DNA from: Vulcanimicrobiota bacterium
Lineage (GTDB): Bacteria; Vulcanimicrobiota; Vulcanimicrobiia; Vulcanimicrobiales; Vulcanimicrobiaceae
Direction: 5' to 3'
Length of the DNA: 64,000 bases
Assembly (NCBI GenBank): GCA_963812155.1
Contig: CAWETW010000003.1
Location: 1,088,001-1,152,000 of the forward strand
Shown here: one piece after another, positions 1-9,804 of the stretch
How positions within the stretch are numbered: the first letter of the stretch is position 1
Layout: the number at the start of each line of letters is the position of its first letter
Notes under the pieces: model-generated
Seen by the model: the letters and a program-made list of their open reading frames with translations, nothing else
Database searches by the model: none
Told to the model about the DNA's origin: nothing
Made by a program: the position numbers and the translations under genes

Positions 1-99
1 GCGCTCGCGCGAGCACGAATGCGCCATCATTAGCCGCTCGGTCTGTACGAGCTGCCCAAGCCGCTACTCGACACCTCTGAGAGATGAGGGACCGATCTC

Positions 100-445
100 G
101 TGGGACTGAGAACCGCTTTTCATACTACCGCGGTCTCAAGTGCCGCGACGCTTTTGTTATACGCCTGCGCTAGCAACCAACAAGACAGCGCAATCGGACT
201 GCCGTCAACTAGCACCGCACCCGGGATAGATACTCGGACAGCCACGGCCACGAACACGATAGTTCCGGCAACCTGTACGTGTCGAACCAATTTGGTGGCC
301 AAAAAGAGAATGGCAGCGTGACGGTTTACGCTGCCGGTTCGACCTCTCTACTCCGTACGATCACGCAAGGGATCTTTTATCCCGGGTTCAATCGTGTTCG
401 ACGCCTTGGGTAATCTCTACGTCGCCAACTACTTTGGCTTCGACA
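100..445 (+). pseudogene. Frameshifted, truncated NHL-like beta-propeller lipoprotein
   Basis: Lipobox LYAC in ORF 100..321. Another frame from ~267 reads GNLYVSNQFGG..GSVTVYAAGSTSLLRTITQGIFYP, then VFDALGNLYVANY; this is the same repeat as at 3639-5620. Confidence 0.7.
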
Positions 446-459
446 TTAACGGAGTGAAC

Positions 460-1686
460 ATGCAATCAAGACTGGGCGCAGCGGTTACTGCCTTCACCAT
501 CATGGCGTTGATGGGGTGTTCCGGCACGACTCAATCAAATATCACGCCAACAAATCCATCGCTACTTAGGTTCTCGCGCCCGAAGCCGCTTTTGACGGAA
601 GCCGTGCTCTACAGCTTCTGCTCTACCGCACCGTCCTGCCAGGACGGCCTTGATCCGGAGGCCGGACTGACTAACGTGAACGGCACGCTCTACGGCACGA
701 CCTTGTACGGTGGTGATCGTGGCCACGGCTCCCTCCCCTTTGGCACGGTCTTTAGTATTACGACCGGCGGGACGTATAGACAACTCTACAGCTTCGCCGG
801 CCCCCTGAAGGACGGACCCGACGGCGAATACCCGCAAGCCGGTCTAACCTATTTGAAAGGCACGCTTTACGGCACGACGACCGTCGGAGGTACAAGCGGC
901 GACGGCACGATCTTTAGTATCACGAAATCCGGCGCGTATAGTCAGCTACACAGCTTCACTGGCAGCGACGGCGCAAACCCAGATGCCAGTCTGATCAACG
1001 TGGATGGCACGCTCTATGGCACCACCCAGCGCGGCGGCGCAAACGGCCACGGTACGGTCTTTGCGATCACCGAATCCGGTGCGTATAATCTGCTCTTCAG
1101 CTTTGCCTCCGGAGGCAAGGACGGCTGCCCCAATGCCGGACTAACCAATGTGAGCGGCGTTCTGTATGGCACGACCAGCGGCTGTAATAGAAGAAACTAT
1201 TATGGCACGGTCTTTAAGATTACGACTTCCGGCGCCGAGACGCTACTCTACCACTTCGCAGGCGGTAGCGATGGTGCAGAACCACTGGCCGATCTGACTC
1301 GCGTAGGCGGTGTGCTGTACGGCACGACCTCTAGCGCGGGTGCCTACAGCCACGGCACCGTTTTCAAAATCACGACTGCGGGAACGGAAACCGTGCTCTA
1401 CAGCTTCAAAGGCGGGACCGACGGCGCCCAACCTCGCGCCAGCCTAACCAACGTGCGTGGCACGTTGTACGGCACAACCTTTTTTGGCGGCGCCGCGATC
1501 GGTGCCGGCACGGTCTTCAAAATCACGACCTCAGGTACGGAAACGGTGCTTTACCGATTCGCAGGCAAACCTGATGGGTTGGGTCCAGCGGCGAGCTTGG
1601 CCAACGTTGGAGGCACGCTCTACAGCACGACCGGGGGCGGTGGCGAAGCCAACGGTGGCACGGTCTTCTCGTTGTCGGGATTCTGA
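460..1686 (+). CDS. Gloeo_Verruco (GloVer, choice-of-anchor) tandem-repeat beta-propeller lipoprotein
   Basis: ATG 460 with GGAG upstream, lipobox LMGC, about seven repeats of P.AGLTNV.GTLYGTT..GG....GTVF.ITT.G.E..LYSF.G..DG. Confidence 0.85.
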   Translation: MQSRLGAAVTAFTIMALMGCSGTTQSNITPTNPSLLRFSRPKPLLTEAVLYSFCSTAPSCQDGLDPEAGLTNVNGTLYGTTLYGGDRGHGSLPFGTVFSITTGGTYRQLYSFAGPLKDGPDGEYPQAGLTYLKGTLYGTTTVGGTSGDGTIFSITKSGAYSQLHSFTGSDGANPDASLINVDGTLYGTTQRGGANGHGTVFAITESGAYNLLFSFASGGKDGCPNAGLTNVSGVLYGTTSGCNRRNYYGTVFKITTSGAETLLYHFAGGSDGAEPLADLTRVGGVLYGTTSSAGAYSHGTVFKITTAGTETVLYSFKGGTDGAQPRASLTNVRGTLYGTTFFGGAAIGAGTVFKITTSGTETVLYRFAGKPDGLGPAASLANVGGTLYSTTGGGGEANGGTVFSLSGF

Positions 1687-1974
1687 TTCGCAGGCGCTTT
1701 AACGCATCGAGCCTTTCGCAACACGTGAGCGGCTCTTTCTTTGCGCGAGTCGGCATTAAGTTGACGACGAAACCGATGGGCCCCAATCGCCCGCAATCGG
1801 CATCATACACAGGTTCACGCAGCGTTAGCGGCCGAGGGGATGGGTTGCAGAGGAATCGGACGCAAATCGGCGCGGATGCGAAGCTACCCCGCATTTGCAT
1901 CGCTCTCCGGCAATCCATCGATGACCGCTTCCCATCCCATCGATTCAGCCTGGAAATCGAATCGCACTGATGCC

Positions 1975-2010
1975 AAAAGAAAAGCCCCGTCGGATCGACG
2001 AGGCTCTTCC
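1975..2010 (-). terminator. Intrinsic terminator
   Basis: Minus strand reads AGCCTCGTCG-ATC-CGACGGGGCT-TTTCTTTT, just downstream of the stop at 2043. Confidence 0.65.
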
Positions 2011-2042
2011 CTCACCTTCGAGGCGCGGACTACCAAGTGAAG

Positions 2043-3192
2043 CTACCGGACGGCAATGGCCCAGGCGTAGATGCTATTCAGCTTCGTCAAACTGCCTTTG
2101 ATAGTCTGAATGGGCTTGACGTTGCCATTGGCCCCCGCGGCGTAGACGGTTATGAAAGCTCCGTTCCTTCCATTGTTGACAACATACATATTGCCACTCG
2201 TGTCCAAAGCGATATCGAGCGGTTCACGCAGCTTTGTTCTTTCACCGACAATGGTCCGGATCGGCGCCACGTTGCCGTTTGCGCCCGCAGCATAAACGGT
2301 TATGCTACCGGCAAAATCATTGGATGCGGCGTAAGTGTTTGAGACGTATATGTTCTTGCTACCGTCCAAAGCGACGCCCTGTGGATCGTTCAGTCCGGTG
2401 TTCGAACCACTAATCCTTTGGATGGGTGTGGCATTACCGTTTGCACCCGCAGCGTAGACTATAACGGCGTCGATCGGGGAGGGGATGTATGGGTCTAGAA
2501 TAGGGACATTCGAAACATAAATGTTGTTATCGGCATCTACGGCAATACCGATAGGAACCACTAGCCCCGTGTTCGAGCCGGTTATAGTCTGGATCGGCCT
2601 TGCATTGCCATTCGCGCCCGCTGCGTACACGGTCACGGTCGGGCGAGCGGTCACGCTCGACCTTCTGTAGACGCCAGCCGTGTTCGCTAAGTAGATGTTA
2701 CCGCTCCCGTCTACAGTGAGCTTCTCCGGGTAGTCGATCCCCGTGTTCGAGCCAGTAATGGTCTGGATTGGCTTGGCATTGCCATTCGCGCCTGCGGCAT
2801 AAATCGTCACACTTGCCTTTGGCGTAGCCTTGAGTAATAATAGTTCGAAACGTAGACTTTGTGGTTTGCATCCACCGCGACCCGCCAAGGGACCGGCAAA
2901 GCAGCGTTTTACTGCCGCTGATCATGCCGAGAGGCGCTACCTTGCCAGTTGGCGTTCGCGGCAAAGATACTAGACTCTAGCTTTTTCGACCAAAGCGAAC
3001 GCGCTTGCGACATAGATACAGGCCGAGGTAAGGCACAGGCGACGACGCGGGTACGAACTGTGTACGAGCGACGGAAAAGAGGGGCTGAACTCCGGGACTG
3101 AGCGTCGGGGAGGCGCCACCACACGCGCTTAACGAAAACGCGATGGAGAGCAGCATCGTTTTGTTTGCTGCGCGGATAAAGTATGATTCCAT
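2043..3192 (-). pseudogene. Multiply frameshifted NHL-repeat lipoprotein
   Basis: Lipobox LSAC in 2977..3192; pieces in 2909..3199 and 2698..2964; repeats VTVYAAGANGN..PIQTI.GSNTGL..P.GIAVD...NIYV in 2043..2888. Confidence 0.75.
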
Positions 3193-3638
3193 TGGACAAG
3201 ACCCTCCATGCTAGTAGCGTTGTCGCGGGGAACAGTCTCTAAGCAGATGGACCCGCGGCCCCAAAGGCAAGAAGTGAGCCAATGAAGACTGTGCCACCTA
3301 GTCCTACAGCGCTATTTCGAGCACTGCAATGGTAGGACCTCGTAACTCTCTGTCCGAGTAATCAAGCGCGTTTTGAGGCTTTCTTGGATTCTGCGGATCG
3401 CTTGTGGGCGTCGTTGGTTTGCCGCATCGACGACCGCTCCATCTCCCCTCGAACAACCACCTGGTGACCACTTGATGCCGGACACCACTGGGAATGCTTA
3501 GATGCCTCGGCAAGCTGAACGCAAGCCGACGACCCCGATACGCGTCACAAAGCTGACGAAAACCATCGGGCGTCGAACGATTCAAGTTCTGAGGGGTTGT
3601 CTAAGCCCTCGGCATGTCTTTGGTTTGGAGGGTACCGC

Positions 3639-4700
3639 ATGAAACGGCTAGGCAGCATGGTGGGAGCGTGTCTTAGCGCGGCGCTTTTGGCTGCGTGCGG
3701 CGGCAGTGAGAGTCTCTCCTCAGGTCCTACATCGATTGCTCCACCGATTGCTGTATCGGAAACCGCAGTAGGCTCGGCGTCGCGTCGAGCAACCGCGGGT
3801 CCCGACCTGTACGTCGCAAACCCTCCCGCCTTCGACGTTACCGTCTACGCCCCGGGTCGACGGTCGGTGCTGCGGGTGATCTCCCAAGGAGTGACGGTGC
3901 CGGTCGCGCTGGCATTTGACGGCTCCGGCAATCTCTACGTTGCAAACAGCTACCATAGCAGCGTCACCGTCTACGCACCGGGTAGCACGTCGGTGTTACG
4001 CACGATTTCCTACGGCATAGACTCTCCGACCGCGCTGGCGTTTGACAACTCGGGCAAACTCAACGTCGCAAACTCGGGCAATAACACGGTGACGGCGTAC
4101 GCCCCGGGCAGCACCTCCGTGTTAAAGACGATTTCCCAAGGTATAGACGATCCAACCGCGCTGGCCTTTGACGCCTCCGGTAATCTCTACGTCCTAAACG
4201 CACTGGGCGGTATCGACGGCACGGTTACGGTCTATGCTCCCGGGAAGCACATCGGTGCTGCGGACGATCTCAGATGGCCTGAACAAGCCGGTCGGGCTGG
4301 GATTTGTTCGCTCCGGTACTCTCTACATCGCAAACTCCGGCAGTAACACGGTGACGGGCTACGCTCCGGGAAAAACCAAAGTACTGCGGACGATCTCCCA
4401 GGGCGTGAACCGGCCGTCGGCGCTCGGGTTCTTCGCCTCGGGCAGCCTCTTTGTCGCAAGCTAGGCTGTGATCGGGCCCTTGCCCTCCGACGGTGACGGC
4501 CTACGCCCCGGGAAAGACCAAGGTGCGGCGGACGATCTCGCAGGGAGTAGAAGCGCCGAATGCGCTGGCCTTTGACGGCTCGGGTAAACTCTACGTGGCT
4601 AACGGCGAGAACGTGTTGGTCTATGCGGCGGGAACCAGGAAACTGGTTCGAACGATCTCGCGCGGCAGAAACGAATCAGCCGTTAGCGTTGAGGCCGTGA
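3639..4700 (+). pseudogene. Frameshifted NHL-repeat lipoprotein
   Basis: ATG 3639, lipobox LAAC, repeats VTVYAPG.TSVLRTISQG...P.ALAFD.SGNLYVAN split across ORFs 3597, 4234 and 4493, with a TAG at 4462. Confidence 0.8.
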
Positions 4701-4701
4701 T

Positions 4702-5620
4702 ATGCATCGTCAACACGACCCTCGTTGGAGAAGGCCTGAGCGCGGCGCTCTGGTTCGTGCGTCGGCGGTAGCGTCTCTCATCGGGGCCTACGCCGCTTGC
4801 TCCGCCGATCGCCGTGCCACGATCCTTCGCCGCAGGCTCAGCGTCGCACCCGGCCGGTTCGGGGAAAAGTCTCTATGTCGCAAACTTTCAGGGTAATACC
4901 GTGACGATCTACGCCAAAGGCAGAACGTCGGTGCGGCGGACGATCTCCCAGGACATGCACCATCCGAATAACGTGGCGTTTGACGACTCCGGTAATCTCT
5001 ATGTCGCAAATACAGCGGAACTCTAGCGTGTGCGTCTACGCCCCGCACGGCAAATCCGTTCTGCGGAAAATCTCGGATACTAGCGTTGATGACTCCGGGA
5101 ATCTCTATGTCGCCAACTACGAAGGCTCCACCGTGACCGTCTACGCACCGGGCAGCACGTCGGTGCTACGAACTATGCCCAGAGCGTGAGTTCTCCGATT
5201 GCGCTCGCGTTTGACCGAATCGGCAACTTGTATGTTGCAAACAATAATACAGTGACAGTGTACGCTCCAGGCAGCGCGTCGATGCCCCGGACGATTTCCC
5301 AGGGTGTCGATGTGCCGGAGGCACTGGCATTTGACGACTCTGGGAATCTCTATGTCGCAAACTGTGGTAGCTGCCTTAGTTCGGGCTCCGACACAGTGAC
5401 GGTCTACGCGCCGGGCAGCATGTCTTTGCTGCGGACGATATCGCAAGGCGTGAGCCTTCCGCTTGTACTACGGTTCGATGATTCTCGGCAATCTCTATGT
5501 TGCGAACTGGAGGAACAGCACCGTTACGATCTAGGCTCCGGGCACCAAGAAGGGGGTACTGCGGACAATCTCTCAGGTCTTGAGCGCACCGGCCTCGCTG
5601 GCATTCGAACCGCGACTCTA
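4702..5620 (+). pseudogene. Second, more degraded NHL-repeat lipoprotein paralog
   Basis: Decayed signal region similar to the 3639 gene; the same repeats are spread over ORFs 4814, 4980 and 5186 with stops and frameshifts. Confidence 0.75.
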
Positions 5621-6153
5621 GTGCAGCAAGCCTCCAAGTCTCACACAATCGGAGAACTACTCGACAAGGACGAAACGGGGGCTCTTGTGCCTCGTTTCAA
5701 GGAACCGAAAACGGACAAGTCGCGGCGCGCTATCGCACTCCCGACGCAGGCGGTGTCGGCTTTGCGCGCGCATCGCGCAACTCTCGGGCAGCTTCGCCTC
5801 GCCGTCGGGGGCGTCGCCTCGGAGGACGACCTCGTTTTCCCTGAGCCCGAGCCACTCGGGGTGGACGCCCACGCGACCATGGAATCCGGACCGCTTCTCG
5901 GCCGAGTTTGATTGGCGCGTAAAGACCTCGGGATTACCGAAAGTTACATTCCATGGTTTGCGCCACAGTTTCGCGTCGATCGCGTTACGGGCGGGGGTGC
6001 CGGCTACAGGTTGTGAGCGAGCAACTCGGGCACACGAGCGTCAAAACCACTGGTGACCTGTACACGGAAGTGCTAGGTGACCTTCAGCGAGACGCGGCCG
6101 ATCGCATCGACGATGTCTTCGACCGCGCTCGGGCGCGCCAAAGCGCATCATAG
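5621..6153 (+). pseudogene. C-terminal remnant of a tyrosine recombinase (phage/ICE-type integrase)
   Basis: FKEPKT.KSRRAIALP..., FHGLRHSFASIALRAGVP and VSEQLGHTSVKTTGDLY lie in three successive frames; the N-terminal half is absent; it ends about 100 bp from the tRNA-Glu 3' end. Confidence 0.88.
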
Positions 6154-6186
6154 GAGGTGCCGTTACAAGACACTTTCGCGCAGCGC

Positions 6187-6207
6187 GTGGGCCAAATGTG
6201 GGCCAAA
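6187..6207 (+). repeat. Tandem direct repeat GTGGGCCAAA x2, possible integrase arm-binding sites
   Basis: Copies at 6187-6196 and 6198-6207, between the integrase stop and the tRNA. Confidence 0.5.
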
Positions 6208-6222
6208 CACGCAGTTGCGATC

Positions 6223-6244
6223 AAAAAAGCCTGTAAATACAGGC
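6223..6244 (-). terminator. Intrinsic terminator after the tRNA pair
   Basis: Minus strand reads GCCTGT-ATTT-ACAGGC-TTTTTT. Confidence 0.75.
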
Positions 6245-6250
6245 ACAGTA

Positions 6251-6326
6251 TGGTAGCCCCAGCGGGATTCGAACCCGCGTTACCGCCGTGAGAGGGCGGC
6301 GTCCTTGGCCTCTAGACGATAGGGCC
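6251..6326 (-). tRNA. tRNA-Glu (CTC)
   Basis: 76-nt cloverleaf GGCCCTA...CCGCC-CTCTCAC-GGCGG...GGTTCGAATCC...GGGGCTACCA with encoded CCA. Confidence 0.96.
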
Positions 6327-6327
6327 G

Positions 6328-6403
6328 TGGCTCCCGGGGATGGACTCGAACCACCGACATGCAAATTCAGAGTCTGCCGTTCTGCCAACTGAACTACCCG
6401 GGA
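6328..6403 (-). tRNA. tRNA-Gln (CTG)
   Basis: 76-nt cloverleaf TCCCGGG...GCAGA-CTCTGAA-TTTGC...GGTTCGAGTCC...CCCGGGAGCCA. Confidence 0.95.
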
Positions 6404-6419
6404 ACGGTCGACCAGTATA

Positions 6420-7004
6420 CTACAACGCTCGGCCGTTCTCTTGCAAGCGTCTGAGGCGCAGGTTCTTTCCACTGTAGGTGTCGGTCTGGCTATGACAGTT
6501 CGGGCACAACATCCGGAGGTTGACCAAGCGGTTGTCATTCTTAACGCCGTTGACATGGTCGAGTTGCATCGTCAGGCGCTTCCCGAGCCATTCCGTGATT
6601 CCGCATTCCTCGCAACGATTGGTCAAGAGCCCCGCTCTAATTAGCCGACCTTTCACATGGCCGCGGCCGCGTTTGGCGCTACTGAGTAAGCGGTCGATCG
6701 ACATCCCGAGTGCACGTGCCTTGACCTCACCTCGATCTTGCGCTTTCTTCCACGCTGCAATACTAAAACCGAACTCGCGACAACATGCGCGAATGGAGTG
6801 ACCTTCGTCGTAGTACGCTTGGATCGACAACCAGTCGTGTTTCCTCGGCCAACGGAATCGAGTCGATCGTACTTTTAGTGCGCCTCTCTCGATTGCTTTC
6901 GTCCAAGAGTAGTGCGTGACGCCAAATGTCTGTTGGCATTTTCTAAACCCGCTTCCGGCGTCGTAGTGTCGCTGAATCTCCTGCCAGTCATAGATGCGTT
7001 TCAT
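6420..7004 (-). CDS. HNH endonuclease with two N-terminal HTH-like repeats
   Basis: CEECG...LDHVNGVKNDNRLVNLRMLCPNCHSQT. Start placed at ATG 7004, 7 nt after a TATAAT (7012-7017). Confidence 0.88.
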   Translation of the reverse strand: MKRIYDWQEIQRHYDAGSGFRKCQQTFGVTHYSWTKAIERGALKVRSTRFRWPRKHDWLSIQAYYDEGHSIRACCREFGFSIAAWKKAQDRGEVKARALGMSIDRLLSSAKRGRGHVKGRLIRAGLLTNRCEECGITEWLGKRLTMQLDHVNGVKNDNRLVNLRMLCPNCHSQTDTYSGKNLRLRRLQENGRAL

Positions 7005-7083
7005 GCATGCGATTATAGTGAATGCGAGTGCCACCAGTATGGCGTACATATTTTTGTTTTACGCAAAATAATTTCCGCACGTT

Positions 7084-7250
7084 CTTCGACTGCGCGTGCT
7101 TCGCACGCTTCGCTCAGAATGACACTGTGTTGGTTCGCAGAGAATCATGCTGAGTTGCTGCACTCAGATAACGCGGAGTGAGCTGCACTCGGAAAGATAC
7201 TGGAGTTGCTGCGCTCGTAAAAAACACGGAGCGCCGCGCTGAGAATGACC
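7084..7250 (+). repeat. REP-like hairpin element followed by a degenerate ~25-26 bp tandem array
   Basis: CTTCGAC-TGC-GCGTGC-TTC-GCACGC-TTCGCTCAGAATGACAC, then about five decayed copies of (GC)GCTCAG.ATGACAC. Confidence 0.65.
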
Positions 7251-7279
7251 TCGCTCGTTTTTGACGAAAAGACGCGGGC

Positions 7280-8350
7280 ATGCAGGCGATCGTTTTGGTT
7301 GGAGGAGAGGGGACTCGGTTGCGGCCGCTGACGTACGGCACGCCGAAACCGATGGTGCCGATCGTCAACACGCCCTTTCTGGCCCGCACGATGGAGCGTC
7401 TGTACGAAGCCGGCATCCGCGACGTGATTCTTGCGGCCGGCTATATGCCGCAGGCGATCGTCGATTACTTCGGTGACGGGTCGCGGCTCGGCATGAAGAT
7501 TACGTACGTGATTGAGGAGTCTCCGCTGGGCACGGCGGGCGCGCTCAAGAACGTGGAGCAGCACATACGCGGCCGATTTTTCGTGTTGAACGGCGACGTG
7601 CTAACGAGTCTCGATTTGGGTGCGATGGTGGCGGATCACGTGCGCAACGGAGGCGTTGGAACGCTGCATCTGATCCCGGTCGAAGACCCGTCGGCTTTCG
7701 GATGCGTCGTGCACGACGGCAGCGGGTTGGTCAGCGCGTTCGTCGAGAAGCCGCCGCGCGAAGAAGCACCGACGAACGAAATCAATGCCGGCACATATCT
7801 GCTGGAACCCGAAATTCTCGCAATGATTCCGCCCGGTCGTAACGTCTCGATCGAGCGCGAGACGTTCCCCGAACTCATTGCAGCCGGCAAACGGCTTTAC
7901 GCGTACACGACCAACGATTATTGGATCGACGTCGGCCGGCCGGAGCAGTATCTCGCCGCGCACCGCGACATTCTCGTCGGCACGATGCCGCTGAAACTCG
8001 AGCCGGGCCTGACCGGCGCAGGATGCGAAGCGCTGCGCGGGCATCCGGGCGTCGTCCCTCCGGTACACGCAGCCGACGACGTCGTCGTCGATGCGACCGC
8101 AACGATTGGCCCCAACGTCGTGCTCGGACGCGGCTGCACGTTAGGAGCGCGCGCGGTCGTCCGGGAGTCGGTGCTCTGGGATCGCGTCAGCGTCGGCGCC
8201 GGCGCACGGATTGAAGAAGCGATCGTCGCCAGCGGTGTGACGATCGGCCCGGAAGCGAAAGTCGGTAAAGGAAGCGTTATCGGGCACGACGTCAGGATCG
8301 AACCGGGGCAAATACTCGAGCCTGGGAGCCGAGTCGGTCCGGTAAGGTAG
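7280..8350 (+). CDS. NDP-sugar synthase (mannose-1-phosphate guanylyltransferase-like)
   Basis: LVGGEGTRLRPLT..PKP, PLGTAGAL, NGD, FVEKP and a C-terminal hexapeptide beta-helix. Confidence 0.92.
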   Translation: MQAIVLVGGEGTRLRPLTYGTPKPMVPIVNTPFLARTMERLYEAGIRDVILAAGYMPQAIVDYFGDGSRLGMKITYVIEESPLGTAGALKNVEQHIRGRFFVLNGDVLTSLDLGAMVADHVRNGGVGTLHLIPVEDPSAFGCVVHDGSGLVSAFVEKPPREEAPTNEINAGTYLLEPEILAMIPPGRNVSIERETFPELIAAGKRLYAYTTNDYWIDVGRPEQYLAAHRDILVGTMPLKLEPGLTGAGCEALRGHPGVVPPVHAADDVVVDATATIGPNVVLGRGCTLGARAVVRESVLWDRVSVGAGARIEEAIVASGVTIGPEAKVGKGSVIGHDVRIEPGQILEPGSRVGPVR

Positions 8351-8382
8351 CGGCCGTTAAGGGAGCGGCCCGAGGAACGGCA

Positions 8383-8509
8383 CTTCGACTCGCTCCGCTC
8401 GCTCAGTAGAGGCCCTGGGCGGCAACCATTCTTCCCGGCAAGGTGTCCAAGCAGGCAGGCAGCCCTTCAACTATGCATCGCTAAGGCGGCGCTGCGCCCT
8501 GGGTGACAC
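8383..8509 (+). repeat. Two REP-like copies
   Basis: CTTCGACTCGCTCCGCTCGCTCAG (8383) and CCCTTCAACTATGCATCGC...GGGTGACAC (8463-8509). Confidence 0.6.
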
Positions 8510-8631
8510 GGTGGACCGGTGCATTCGGGCGCGCGCAAGAAGGAGCGTCCTTCAACTGCTGATACAGGTTTATTGCGATACGGTCGCCGGGTACGTTTAG
8601 GTCCACAGCAAGTGGAGGGTTCCTTACCGTT

Positions 8632-9804
8632 ATGTTGCCGCCGCGCGCGTTATTCTTAGGGTCGTATCCTCCGCGTGAGTGCGGGATCGCGACCTTTAAC
8701 AAAGACGTCGTCGATTCGTACAATCGGGCGTTCGGCGTTACGAGTCAGGTCGTCGCAATCGACGAGCCTGGTGCCGAAACGCGCCGTTACGGTCCCGAAG
8801 TCGTCGCACGTTTAAGCGAGCAAGACCGCTTTAGTTACGGCATCGTCGCCGACGCCGTCAACCGTCATCCCGCCGATCTCGTCAACGTCCAGCACGAATA
8901 TGGGCTCTTCGGCGGCGAACGCGGCGAGTGGCTCGTCGATTTGATGCGCGCCGTGAAGAAGCCGGTCGTCGTGACGCTGCACACCGTGCTGCCGAATCCC
9001 GACGAAACGATGCTGCGGGTTACGCGCGAACTCTGCGACAGCGCCGCACGCGTGGTCGCGCTTTCCGAAACGGGCCGCACGCTGCTGGAGAGCGTCTACG
9101 GCATCGATCCGACAACCCTGCGTGTCATCCATCACGGCGTGCCGGACGTGCCGTTTCAGAGCACCGACGCCGCGAAAGCGTCGTTCGGCATCGGCCAGCG
9201 CGCCGTCATCTCGACCTTCGGCTTGATCAGCCGCGGCAAAGGCCTGGAGTACGCGATCGAAGCGATGCGCGAGGTCGTGAAACGCCATCCTGAAGCGCTC
9301 TACCTCATTCTCGGCGCCACGCATCCCGTCGTGCGGCGCCAAGAAGGCGAATCGTATCGCGAATCGCTGCAGGAGAAGGTACGCGAATACGGCCTTCAAT
9401 ACAACGTGCAGCTCGTCGACAAGTATCTACAGTTCGACGAACTGGTCGGCTATCTGGGCGCCATCGACATCTATCTAACGCCATATCTGAACCCCGATCA
9501 GATCGTCAGCGGCACGCTGGCGTATGCCGTGGGATGCGGCAAAGCCATCGTCTCGACACCGTATCTCTACGCACAGGAACTCTTGGCCCACAATCGCGGG
9601 TTCCTCTGCGACTTCCGCGACTCGGCGTCGATCGTGCGCCAGCTCAACCTGCTGCTCGACCATCCGGACTTACGACGCGCGACCGAGCGGCGCGCGTACC
9701 GTTTCGGCCGGCAGATGACGTGGCCGCACGTTGCCGTCGAGTACGGCAACCTCTTTCTCGAAGTCGCGCCGCCCGACTCGCTGGAATTGGTGACGTCGGC
9801 GTGA
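8632..9804 (+). CDS. Glycosyltransferase family 4
   Basis: SYPPRECGIATF, QHEYGLFGG, FGLISRGKGLEY, SGTLAYAVGCGKAIVSTP. Confidence 0.92.
   Translation: MLPPRALFLGSYPPRECGIATFNKDVVDSYNRAFGVTSQVVAIDEPGAETRRYGPEVVARLSEQDRFSYGIVADAVNRHPADLVNVQHEYGLFGGERGEWLVDLMRAVKKPVVVTLHTVLPNPDETMLRVTRELCDSAARVVALSETGRTLLESVYGIDPTTLRVIHHGVPDVPFQSTDAAKASFGIGQRAVISTFGLISRGKGLEYAIEAMREVVKRHPEALYLILGATHPVVRRQEGESYRESLQEKVREYGLQYNVQLVDKYLQFDELVGYLGAIDIYLTPYLNPDQIVSGTLAYAVGCGKAIVSTPYLYAQELLAHNRGFLCDFRDSASIVRQLNLLLDHPDLRRATERRAYRFGRQMTWPHVAVEYGNLFLEVAPPDSLELVTSA

Noticed and set aside
1836..1922. c-di-GMP-I riboswitch (GGACGCAAA motif and some pairing)
   Set aside because: No GNRA-capped P2 or receptor, and no downstream gene on that strand.
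3304..3585. 93-aa ORF inside the island
   Set aside because: No motif, RBS or codon support in any frame.
5621..6153. Integron integrase, active shufflon or intact prophage
   Set aside because: The gene is truncated and frameshifted, lacks the IntI insertion, and I found no attC sites, inverted sfx sites or phage genes.
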